Source: Octopus vulgaris
Lineage: Eukaryota
Length of the DNA: 64,000 nucleotides
Assembly: GCA_951406725.2 (NCBI GenBank)
Contig: OX597817.1
Location: forward strand, 123,070,001 to 123,134,000
Reading direction: 5' to 3'
Position 1 is the stretch's first letter. The number at the start of each line of letters is the position of its first letter. The translations under genes were made by a program, and so were the position numbers. The notes below the pieces were generated by a model. That model was not told where the DNA came from, made no database searches, and worked only from the letters and a program-made list of their open reading frames with translations. Below are positions 52,250 to 64,000 of the stretch, piece after piece.

Positions 52250-53512
52250 TTGGCTTAGGGTAATGGAAAATACAGAAGGAACAGTTAAATATGATTTTAT
52301 TGAACATATAGCGCTCTCAAATTCACGCACTATAGCAAAATTCGTTCAGATTTTCTGAGCCCTGTAAAAAGAATCGGAAGGTTGGACCTGCAGCCTGATC
52401 TCTGTGAGCAGTGCTCACTTCCAAATCGGAGAGAGATTTCGTTCGCTTGAGATGTTTCTTCAGTTGTGGAAAGAAGTGGCAGTCGGAGGTGGCCAAGTCA
52501 GGAGAATAAGGTGGGTGGTCTACCGATTCGAAGCCAAAGCTGCGTATTTTCCGTATACTTTCATGTACTGTGTGCTGGTGCATTGTCCTGCGAAAACAGG
52601 AGATTACGGCACAGTTTCCCACGGTGTTTCTGCTTCAAAGTTTTAAGAAGTTCGCCCAATAGAGTATTGTATTATTCTGCGTTGATGTTGCGACAATTTA
52701 ATATGTATTTTATGAGTACTCAGTCTTAGTTCCAGAACATTGAAGCCTAAATCTTTCCAGCTGACTCTGGGTCCGAAACTTTTTAGACCGCGATGAACCG
52801 CTGTGACGCCATTCAATTGCTTGTTGCTTGGTCTAAGGATCGTAATGATGAAGCCAACTTCTCATCCATGGCGACTAAACTAGCCATAAAATCGACCTCC
52901 CCCCAGTGAAAACCGGTCCAAAATCGCCTATGATGTCGTCATTCTGAGGCGCTTCTAATTTGCGTTCAGGTATTTCGGCACTCATTTTGTTGGAAGCTTT
53001 CTCATGTCCACAATGTTGTGTATGATGCGGCCGACTCTTTCACTGGAAATAACCAGAGTCTCAGCTATGACTTTAGCTAAAATCCAGCGATCCTTGAAAA
53101 TCATGACGTGCACAGAGTCGGCTTTGTCCTCTCTGGTCGCTGAAGTTGGCAGCCCTGTCCTGGGTTCATATGCGACCTCGAAATGACCGACCCTAAACCT
53201 TGAAACCCAGGGTTTCACTGTAGAGTAAGATAGGAACCCATACTTCAAGACTTCCTTTATAACTCCATGGATTTCAGTCGCTCTTTGCCTTGCAAAATGA
53301 GGAAGTTCATGACCGTTTGTGCTTCAATTTTACCAAAATCCACTGTAGGAGCTGTCATCATGCGTTAAATCTGCAGAAAAAAAACTATAATGTATATCAT
53401 CATTATTTTTTTGCATATCTTCTCCTAAACAGCTATCCTACCTCCTCTGTAACGGTAACAGCTCTACCCTTTCGTGATACCCTTAAAGCCAGGAACTTTT
53501 CAGCACCTCTCG
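52250..53512 (-). mobile_element. Decayed mariner transposon
   Basis: SYSTVKPWVSRFRVG..EPRTGLP, DMRKL, HPPYSPDLATSDCHFFPQLKKHL; terminus TA-CGAGAGGTGCTGAAAAGTTCCTGGC. Confidence 0.92.
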
Positions 53513-53675
53513 TATGTGTCATTATATAAATATACCATTGGTAGTATGCGTGGCTAAATATACTTGTATAAATTTATATCTATACCTAGTGTTTTACTGT
53601 GGTTTATACATTAGCACCAGTCACATACACGTATGAGTACATCTTTATTTTTAACATTATTTTGATTTATTATTA

Positions 53676-53885
53676 AGACGGTGAGATGGCAGAATCGTTA
53701 GCATGCCGGGCAAAATGCTTAGTGGCATTTCACCAGTTCATACGTTCGGAGTTCAAATTCTGCTAAGGTTGCTTTTGTCTTTCATCCTTTCAGGGTCGCT
53801 AAAATATGTACCAGTTTCGGGTCGTTAAAATTGACTTACCCCTCCCCCGAAAATGCTGGCCTTGTGCCAAAATTTGAAACCAGTT
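53676..53885 (+). mobile_element. Family-A SINE (alternative tail ...GGCCTTGTGCCAAAATTTGAAACC)
   Basis: Family-A head and core. Confidence 0.85.
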
Positions 53886-55159
53886 TAGTTTTGATTAGTC
53901 TCTGCATTATTTAACTTCCCGTGGGCGTATGGCAGGTGTACATCATGAGATATGACGAGAATTACAAATAAAAATGTAATGTGGTTTAATCTCTATTCAC
54001 TCTAAATGTTTCTGCTACTATAATTAGGACCTTCCTGAAGCAAATTATAAAGCATTTCCTAGGAGGCCATAGATACCGTTTACATCTTTTATTCCCATAA
54101 CGTCAATGTCAGCTATTAATGGTTAGATGATATCTAAGCATAGAATACACGCTATAACAGACGCAGTACTTGATAATAACAAACATTGCAAGCTACATCA
54201 GACGCAAACACACACCCACGTTGTCTTCATCCTACGTGTTAACCAATAGCTGTCAACTGGAAAGTGTTTGAATCGGAAAGTCTGTGGCCTATGTTTGACT
54301 CATACTATTCGATGATATCAAGAGACACTATAGCAAATTAATTTTTGAGGAAGATATATGTAACTAAATACTCCATTCGGTTTAGCGATAGGAATACTTC
54401 ACCTGCTTGCTCCTCTTCATCTGGAGATCCTATGGATATGGAAACGACTTCCCCAACATTACATAGAGAAGGATTTGTAATTACGAATTCCGACTCTAAG
54501 AAACTGCACATAATCCACACTCACGCATTATCCATCAACTGTAAAATGATCAATATTTTTGTTGCCAACAGAAGTACGCCCTGTTAATGAACTTCATAAT
54601 ATTGACCATTGATAAACAGGATACACGATCCTAGGCCTAACTGGCCCACACAACGGTGAGTTCTATACATCCTGGTGCACGAAGAAATTTATGGCTGCTC
54701 AAGCGAAATCAATGTAAACCCATAATATCAAATTGGTTATTTTGGAATGTGACATTATATAGAATTACGATTATCTTACAGAAACATCTAATCTGTCCAA
54801 CTTCGTGCAATATTCATTGCAAAGTGGTGATATCGATGAAATATCACATCGTGAAAAATGTCAGCAAAGCGACGCCAACATTGTGCTTGCCCCTTCTCAA
54901 AACCTGAACTGACCAATAGAGACTTAAATATTTTCTCAACTAGATGCCATTTTAAATTTCTTTTAAATTCTCTTCATGATGATTCCAAACATCTGATGAT
55001 ATTGACATGTCCTGCGCAGACTAGAGTCTAAAGACTGTTATTATATACATAGAACTTTAACCAAATATATTGAACGCTAATTCCTTTCATTTGTTTGCTG
55101 ACATATGTGTGTGTGTATTTATGTATGTATTTATGTATGCATGTATATATATATTACGT

Positions 55160-55605
55160 CATTCCATAAGGCCTTTGAGTTAACTCTGCCACCTACATTG
55201 AGGTCCTGGAAATAATTGCTCAGCCCTGGATAGACAGTATTTGCATTGGAAGGCCATATGAGTTTCAGAAAGACTCTGTACTATCACACATAGCTATAGT
55301 AACACAGGAATGGATGGTTGAACATTTTCATGATTACATAACGCCTAATATTTGACCTCTTAATTCCCCAGATCTCACTCGATTGGACTATTATGAGTGG
55401 AGCGTTGCCATAGTTAAAGTTCAAGATCACTTGATTCGAGCATGTAGATGATTTAGATCTCGTATAGAAGCAGTTGTTGAATAATATTATAGAAAACAAG
55501 GTTTATTTTTATCTTCATAGCATTTTTTGATGAATAAAGCTGTTATTATATAACTGTCATTTTTATAAACATAAATCTGTCCTCAAATACCTTACGCAGC
55601 CTGTA
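55160..55605 (+). mobile_element. DD37D-like transposase 3' fragment
   Basis: QKDSVLSH..VTQEWM..NSPDLTRLDYYEWSV; ends CCTG-TA. Confidence 0.72.
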
Positions 55606-55747
55606 TATATATATAAGATTAATCAGCCGAAATTGCGAAGATGATCCGGTTCTTGACTGAAGATTGAAGGCTTTGAATGTCCCGTCCGTGTTTTTTGTAT
55701 CGTCTTCTAAATGTTTCACGTTCTTGTCCCAGTTTATATTTTTTTAC

Positions 55748-55876
<129 letters not shown>

Positions 55877-56260
55877 TATATATATTTCATTTCTACTACT
55901 AGAAATAGTTCGTTTGAGATATCTCTGATGAAAATATTTTCTTAGTGAAATGTGCCATATAGCATAAAGTGTTGTTCTATTATTGCTGTCAGAGTTTATA
56001 AACTATATTCAAAACACGTCGTATCCATTTCCGAATACTATGTAACATGATAGCTTAATTATATGTGCTTTAGTGTGTGTGTGTGTGGATAATGATATGC
56101 GTTCCTAAACAACTCTTTGGAATTAAAATCAAGTAAATATTCCAACAGAAATTAAACCAGGTGTTTCTAAGCTGTTTTTAATTATTCTTTATTTCAATAA
56201 CTAAAGCTGTAGTTCTTAATGCATAATTCATATGTATGTATGCATGTATGCATGTGTCTG

Positions 56261-56391
<131 letters not shown>

Positions 56392-56916
56392 ATGTGTGTG
56401 TGTCAATGTGTACGTGTGTGTAGTGTTTTCAATATGCATGTGCTGCAAAGTAAAGATATATGTAAAATATAAAACTACATAGATATTTTATATATAGAAT
56501 TCGTATAGCTACTTACTTTCGGCGCACCAAAATGTATATGGTATTGCGTGATTGATTAATTTGATCATGTATATTAACATAGATTTTCCTTTAATCAATT
56601 GTTATAGATATATTCTAATTAGTTCCAAATTAACCGTTAGGAAGAGTTTGATATTTTATGAAGTATTCTTGCTAGAGTTCAAACGAATTATAATAACGAA
56701 TAAATTCCTTGTTAGCTATGTCAAAGAGAACACGTTTTTGTAGATGATAACATATAATGAGATTAATACATAAATTAATACATAGAGACGTACATATCTT
56801 TGTATACACATATAAATATATGCATGCACCAAAATCTCTTGGTTGTCTATCGAGATCCGATGACGAATTTGATGGCTGATCCTCTCCTACAGCCTCTCAA
56901 ACTCCATGCAGGTGTG

Positions 56917-56973
<57 letters not shown>

Positions 56974-56985
56974 TATATATATAAA

Positions 56986-57212
56986 TAAGGGTTAAGCAAC
57001 AAGTTGCTTCACCATATACCGAAAATTTAGAAATAGCAGCCAAATACAACTTATTCCTTTTAACTACAGATATTACTCCACAGATAATATTTGTAACTCA
57101 CATAGGCAAAAGAAGTTACAAGTATTGTTATCTGAGGAGTAATATCTGTAGTTAAAAGGAATAAACTGTCTAAATTCGGCATGTGGTTAAGCAACTTGTT
57201 GCTGAACCCTTA
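56986..57212. repeat. Long fold-back palindrome (about 100-bp arms) in (TA)n context
   Basis: TAAGGGTTAAGCAACAAGTTGCTT..TTTAACTACAGATATTACTCC..TTGTAACT / AGTTACAA..GGAGTAATATCTGTAGTTAAA..AAGCAACTTGTTGCTGAACCCTTA. Confidence 0.92.
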
Positions 57213-57344
57213 ATTATATTTATATATAAAAAGACTCTTTGACTCTTTGTTAATGTTCCTACCGATAATGATTCTCTTTACATACCGAAACTACTTGGTA
57301 AAATTTATTAATTTTAAATTAATAATTATCTACCCTTATATTCG

Positions 57345-57399
<55 letters not shown>

Positions 57400-57405
<6 letters not shown>

Positions 57406-57617
57406 TCTCAAATTTTGGTACAAGGCCAGTAATTTCGGGAAAGGGGCAAGTCGATTACATCGACCCCAGTGCTCAACTGGTATTTATTTTATCGGCACCT
57501 AAAAGATGAAAGGCGAAGTCAACCTCGGCAGAGTTTGAACTCAGAACATAAAGTTGGACGAAATGCCGCTTAGCATTTTGCTCGGCATGCGAACGATTAT
57601 ACCAGCTCGTCGCCTTA
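57400..57617 (-). mobile_element. Family-A SINE
   Basis: Family-A head, core and alternative tail. Confidence 0.87.
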
Positions 57618-57673
57618 AAGGGCATTTATATATTTATATAGTTGTGTGTGTGTGTGTGTGTGTGTGCGTGTGT

Positions 57674-57713
<40 letters not shown>

Positions 57714-59469
57714 GTGTGTGAGTGTGTGTGTATAGGTTAGCTAAGTTAGAGGTTAAAAAACCCGTCTAAGGAATAGAAGTATCCACTACACTACCGGTAT
57801 ATTACCTATCCCTCCTAAGAACATCTTATCAATGGCTCTACCATACAACATTAGAAGCAGAAACAGGTGTTAGATGGGATGCAATCTATTTGTGTTAATT
57901 AATAAATATTAATTGATGTAAGTCAATTGCTGTTCATCAATATTTCTCCATTTTCTGTTTATTTAAATTCTCTTTTCTTTATATATATATTAAAGTGGTT
58001 GAACTAGTAATGGTGGGTTCATGACTGCTCTCTCCTGGCTCGGATTTTCTGTCTTCTGTTTGTCCTCCCCAACATTCTCAAATGGATCTCTTTCCCTTTG
58101 GAGCTGTCTTGGTGTGGTACAATTAGTATTTCATGGAAAGGCTCTTTGCTTATCCTTTTAGTGTTTCTCTCGCTCACCAGCCGAGCTTTGACAATGAAAT
58201 AAAAAGCCGGGTACGTCGGGCTCTTATACCATTGTCTATACTTACGTAAATCACTGTTATATGTGAATCTCTATAAGAAAGGCATCGTGATTATTGCTTA
58301 AAACCCTCTGAAAATACAAAATTGCACAATTAGTTTCCTTCATAAAAATGTCTACATGAAGTTACCCAAGAGCCCGGTTAAAACTTTGATAATAAATAAT
58401 CGGAACAATACGTAAAATGGTTTGATGGGCATTATTAAAGCAGTTATATATATTTAAATGAAATGAGAACGCCAGACAGAACAATTATTTTCAAATATAT
58501 GTAAACAATTTATACTACCGATCTTGAGATTTATCGGCATGAAAAAATGCTCTTTTCAAAGTTTGGAAGAAAAATTACAAACAAAATTCAATCAAAACGA
58601 TAACTTTTCTGTCCTCAGAATGTCATTCTACAACTAAAATCTTGCTTAGATATTGCTTTCCCCCTCTGAGGCCAATTTCTTCAGACTTTAAAAAGAGCAA
58701 TTTTTCATGTCGAAATACCAAAAGATCAATAATATAATTTGCAAAGAAAAAATTCTACTGTCTGGTATTCTTCTTCCTTCATTTAATACAAAATTTGATT
58801 TTCTCGACAGGAAATAAAAATCAGAGTTCAAGAAAACTATTTGTGGTATATGTGGGCAAATATCATTTGGTAAGGTTCGCCAGTTTCCTCGACTTATTGG
58901 CTTCGTGCCACTCCTTGACATGCTCCAAGTGCTGATCCACAGAATTGTTGTCTGTGTTATTTCTTTCACTAAAAGTAGGAGAAAAAGCAAAGAGACAGTT
59001 GTGTCTGAGAACTGGTTGACAGTTTTGCAGTATTTACCCATAGTTTTACCCAACACACAAGCCTCTCCTTTTCTCTTTCCACACATACTGTCAGCCGTTC
59101 AAGAATTTGAACCTGGAGATCTCCATTTCCAGAGACTTCGAGGGCCACCTCTCAGTTGTGTCGGGCGTCAACGAAGAGCCATCGACTACAAGATGATCAA
59201 AGTTTTTTTTCCAAGGTCTGGGGTCTCTCGCCCCTAAGCCCTAGACCATCACCTAATCACCCTTACCCGTCTTGTTGCTTAACAACAACAAAAACAACAA
59301 CACATACTGTCAACCTATCCCCACTTAAAATGTCAATCCTGTTTCCCAGCCTTCTTGTTCGTATTTTACTTGCAATCAAAGAACATTAGCTACATAAATC
59401 CCGTTAAACTCGGGAGTCTGCAAAGGTCATAGACACAAACCTTTTAGTTTATATGTATATGTAAATGTG

Positions 59470-59506
<37 letters not shown>

Positions 59507-59734
59507 ACACATACACACACAAGTTAGCCTAGTACGTTTTAGAGAAATGAGATTGTTGTTTCTCCTCTTTACATATTGGTTTCCTCAGACTGAACACGAA
59601 AGACCAATATCTATATCATTACTGGAAGAGATTCTTTTAGATTATATATTTTCTACATTTCACAATGGCACCAGCAGTTGTAGTGGAAGCAGACTTAGTG
59701 AAATTAATTGATTTCAATTAATAAGCGAGGCTAA

Positions 59735-59920
59735 GGTAGTTAGCTGGCAGAATCGTAAACACATGGGCAAGATGCTTAGTGGCATTTTGTCCGTCTTTAC
59801 GTTCTGAGTTCAAATTCCACCGAGGTCCACTTGGCCTTTCATCCTTTCAGGGTCTATAAAAACAATTACCAGTTGACTACTGGGATCGATGTAATCGACT
59901 TTTCTCTTTCCAAAATTGCT
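59735..59920 (+). mobile_element. Family-A SINE
   Basis: AGCTGGCAGAATCG...GAGTTCAAATTCC...CCTTTCATCCTTTCAGGGTC. Confidence 0.85.
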
Positions 59921-60049
59921 GCGAATACAAATCCTGTCCAGCGGCAGGATATTTGTATGCCTACATGTGTTCATGGTATGATTATAAATCTTAAAAGCTG
60001 CAATAGGTCTTAAATGGTTGTGACTGTCTTTTAGATAAAGCAGTTGAAC

Positions 60050-60110
<61 letters not shown>

Positions 60111-60964
60111 GTTACGATGGTGACAGTGGTAGTTATTTCCACTTTCACCTAATAGAGCAGATGACTGATAAATCTGTTCCTTGGTAGCAAGTCACATCTA
60201 TAAGAGACGAATAATCAAGTAACGATTTCTGCACAGGAGTAAATGAATTAAAACTGCAGAATAAAGTGTTCTGTCTCCTCTGACAATAGAAAATAACTTG
60301 CACCGGATTTGAACTTATAGCCTATGAACAATAAGTCAAATTTTCTGTATCTACTCGGTCATCTCGCCTGGTATTAAGATTTTAGATAAGACCCTGTTAT
60401 GGGTTGATTTTTACTTTTCATCTACAATTGGTGTAGATAAATAAATGCCAGCGGCATTCGAGCGATAAACGGTACTGATTCTATCTTGCATAGTTAAATC
60501 TTTTACAAGTTCGCTGGCATTAAATTTGCTATCTCTATATGCAGTAAATCTGTTAGTCCAGAACTAATGAAGACTACACAAGTAAAATTTCTTTCTCTCT
60601 CTTTCACTTTTTCTTGTTTCCTTTTATTTATCTCAGTTAAGAATTCTTCTTGGTGAAATAAGGTCCCAAAAGTATTCGTAGTAAATATGGTTGATTCAGT
60701 GTTTAGATAATCTACGTTCTTCTTTGTTATATTGCTGCTTAAGCACACATTTCTTTTACAGTATGGAGACATTGACTGTTACTAATTATGTAGAATCTCC
60801 TGCCTCTTACTTCTTACTTGTTAATAAGGGTGAGGAATGGCTGAACCGTTAGAGATCTGTGAAAACTTTAATGCAATGTTTAGTTACGGCCCTTTCTGTT
60901 GTGTTTTCAAATCCGGTGTTAGTCAAATTAACATTTCGTTATTACGGAATCGACATAATGAAAT

Positions 60965-61585
60965 ATTATTTTTCTACTCTAGGTACAAGGCCCGACGTTT
61001 TGGGGGAGGGGGCCAGTAGATTAGATCGACACCAGTACGCAACTGGTACTTAGTATATCGACCCCAAAAGGATGAAAGCCAAAGTCGATCTCGGCGGAAT
61101 TTGAACTCAGAACGTAAAGACAAACGAAATACCTATTTCTTTACTACCCATAAGGGGCTAAACACAGAGAGGACAAACAAGGACAGATAATGGGATTAAG
61201 TCGATTACATCGACCCCAGTGCGTAACTGGTACTTAATTTATCAACCCCGAAAGGATGAAAGGCAAAGTCGACCTCGGTGGAATTTGAACTCGGAACGTA
61301 ACGGCAGGCGAAATACGGCTACGCATTTCGCCTGGCGTACTAACGTTTCTGCCAGCTCGCCGCCTTCGGCATAATGAAATATTCTTTTCTACTCTAGGCA
61401 CAAGGCACAATATTTTGGGGGACTAGATCGACCCCAGTATGCAACATGTACTTAATTTATTGACCCCGAAAGGATGAAAGGCAAAGTCAACCTCGGCGGA
61501 ATTTGAACTCAGAACATAAAGACAGGCGAAATACTACTAACCATTTCGCCCGGGGTGCTAAAGTTTCTGCAAGTACGCCGCCTTG
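60965..61585 (-). mobile_element. Head-to-tail array of three family-A SINE units (one dimer plus one monomer)
   Basis: Three AAAGTC(G/A)A.CTCGG.GGAATTTGAACTC cores; CATAATGAAATATT duplicated at about 60954 and 61369. Confidence 0.9.
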
Positions 61586-63284
61586 AAACGGCAAGACTAA
61601 TACAGTGGTAAACTGTAGCAGAAGAGCGAGAGTGTAAAGTGAAAGGCAGACGAGTGTTCTCAATAATAAAGTGGTAAAAGGCAGTTGAGTGTCAGAAGTT
61701 ATAAAGTGTAAAATTAAAAGCCCAGGTACTTTACCTCTATGTACAGATCGTGTATATTAACGCTATTCCTTTTATATTTCAATCCTTCTGGTTCGGGAAA
61801 ACAAATACCAGTAATGTACCTAGGCTAATGTGTAAAGTTTTGTTGTTCACTGCGTGCGCAATGTATAGTAAAACCAAGAGATTTCTGTTAATATTAAAAT
61901 ATTACTTAGAGCTTATATTTATGCATTATCTCACCCTCTCTCTCTCCACACACAAATACGCACACACACACATACATGCGTTTGTGCTTTTGCTAATGTG
62001 TGGTTGTTGGTGTGTGTATATGTGTGTATGTGTGTGTGTGTGTTTGTGTGTATGTGTTTGCGATGCATTGAATACTCGAACGTGTTCTATTTTTATTTTG
62101 TTATCGAGTTTATTTTTTCCATATTTTCGCATAAGACCATTGCAGTTGTTGCAACACCAAACCTTTAAAATCCATCTTCCATATTCCTAGATTTTCACAA
62201 TAGCATCGCCAAAGTGATGTGGGATGGTATATTTTGCTGTCTCCATAGTAGGCAGTGATTTGTCATTTAACAGTGTATTTTTCTTCGAAAGAATCCTATA
62301 GGACATAGATTTGTTACTTACTACTGTTTTCCTTTACACTTATGTCTTGCTTGTGTGGCATATTGGCATACAATTATTCTTCGTTGTAAGAGCATGGCAA
62401 GCCACTACTATAGTATCGTATTTGTGTGGCTGATATAACAGTTAGAGTCGGGAAGTTTATAACTTTCAACTCTACAATCGAGTTTATAAATCTCATTAGT
62501 CATTAGTAGCTTGTTAATTGTTTTTAAATGCTTTCTGATTCGTGCCTTTTCTATCTTAAAGTCTTTGCAATATGTCATTAGTGTATTCATATCCGTATTT
62601 ATTTTATAGGTGCTTATTTTTGATAATGCATGATGAAGCATTCATTTCTTTAATAATTAGTATGCATATGATTTATATAATACTTCAAGTGTTTGTATGT
62701 TTGATAAGTGTGATATGTGGTATATTTGTTGCTGTATATTTCTTATAACTATATGGTGCTTAGTTTACTCATTTCTTAGAATACCGACGTGATTTATGAA
62801 ATTGATTGCAAATGTGAAAGCTATAAACTTCACAATTAACACATGTACAACACACTATCTCCCGTTCCCCATGCACATAGAACGAGGAGCAATATGAAAT
62901 TCATTACATCACGCATACTAAAGAAAATCAACATTGTTAAACATTAATGGGTAAACATTTGTACTCTGTAGAATTTCCCACAAAAATAGAGGGTTAATGA
63001 TGGAAACAATACCTATATTACAGCACTGTACTACAACAAACCTACAATTCAAAACAATATATCTAGCAGTCGATATCGAGATACCGAGGGAAGACTATAC
63101 ATCAGTCCTGTCAGCTCCATTTAGTATGAGGAGACAAAGAGCATATCATCACAGTGATGTGCCTGTGAAGAAGTAGAAAACTTAAAGCTTGAATTTGAAA
63201 TTACATTTTTACAAACAAAGCGCAAGGAACTGATAAGAAAATGTAACAAAAGATAATTGATAATTAAAGATTAAACTACACAAC

Positions 63285-63669
63285 AGCCACATCGTTCTAG
63301 GTTCACTCTCACTGCGTGCTACTTAGGCAATTGTCTTCTATTACAGTCTCGGGCTGACCAGAGCTTTGTGAGTGGATTTGGTAGACGGAAACTGAAAGAA
63401 GACCGTCGTATATGTGTATGTCTGTGTGCGTGTGTGTGTATGTATACACATGATTGTGTGTCTTTGTGTCCGCGTTTGTCCCCCCACCATCGCTGCAGAA
63501 GCGATGTTGCTGTGCTTGCGTCCCCGTTACTTAGCAGTTCGGCAAAAGACATCGATAGAATAAGTACCAGGCTAACAAAGAATAAAGCCTGGGATCGATT
63601 TGTTCAACTAAAGGCGGTGCTCCAGCATGGCTGCAGTCAAACGACTGAAACAAATTGAAGAATAAAAGA

Positions 63670-63670
<1 letters not shown>
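63285..63670 (+). mobile_element. Family-B SINE
   Basis: Matches family B. Confidence 0.87.
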
Positions 63671-63700
<30 letters not shown>

Positions 63701-63770
63701 TAGGGCTATTTCTCCTGCCCAATAACTTTCTCCCTCTCTCTCACTTTCTCTGTATACGTGTATGTATATA

Positions 63771-63935
63771 GGCGCAAGCGTGACTGTGTGCTAAGAAGCT
63801 TGCTTCCCAACCACATGGTCCCGGATTCAGTCCCACTGCGTGGTACCTTAGGCAAGTGTCCTCAACTATAGCCTCCAGCAGACCAAAGCCTTGTGAATGG
63901 ATTTGGAGGGCGGAAACTGAAAGAAGCTCGTCATA
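63771..63935 (+). mobile_element. Family-B SINE 5' half
   Basis: GGCGCAAGCGTGACTGTGTG head through GAAACTGAAAGAAGCTCGTC, then (TA)n. Confidence 0.85.
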
Positions 63936-63951
63936 TATATATATGAATATA

Positions 63952-63996
<45 letters not shown>

Positions 63997-64000
63997 TCAA

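Noticed and set aside
57800-57885. GAAACAGGTGTT-AGATGGG as another hammerhead half
   Set aside because: No convincing CUGANGA strand or stem II; too degenerate to call.

Overview
AT-rich, repeat-saturated animal genomic DNA, most likely from an octopod cephalopod (inferred from the SINE families and the extreme TA/CA microsatellite load). No intact host protein-coding gene is evident. Most ORF-track entries are microsatellite translations or decayed transposon ORFs. The window holds three tRNA-derived SINE families and decayed LINEs (Tx1/L1, RTE, R4/Dong). It also holds a Penelope-like GIY-YIG retroelement, a Helitron, mariner, DD37D-like and Tigger fragments, and MITEs. The most notable signal is non-coding: small ORF-less units next to (TA)n/(CA)n tracts that carry minimal type I hammerhead ribozyme motifs with palindromic stem III. 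The best case (31012-31438) is about 1.2 copies of a 361-nt monomer, with a structurally complete hammerhead (U3-A8 covariant core) capping a long rod-like stem, i.e. a retrozyme-like unit. A diverged, circularly permuted relative, a second hammerhead with an A3-U8 core, several decayed hammerheads and long fold-back hairpins occur in the same contexts. All structures were read by eye, and many repeat boundaries are approximate.
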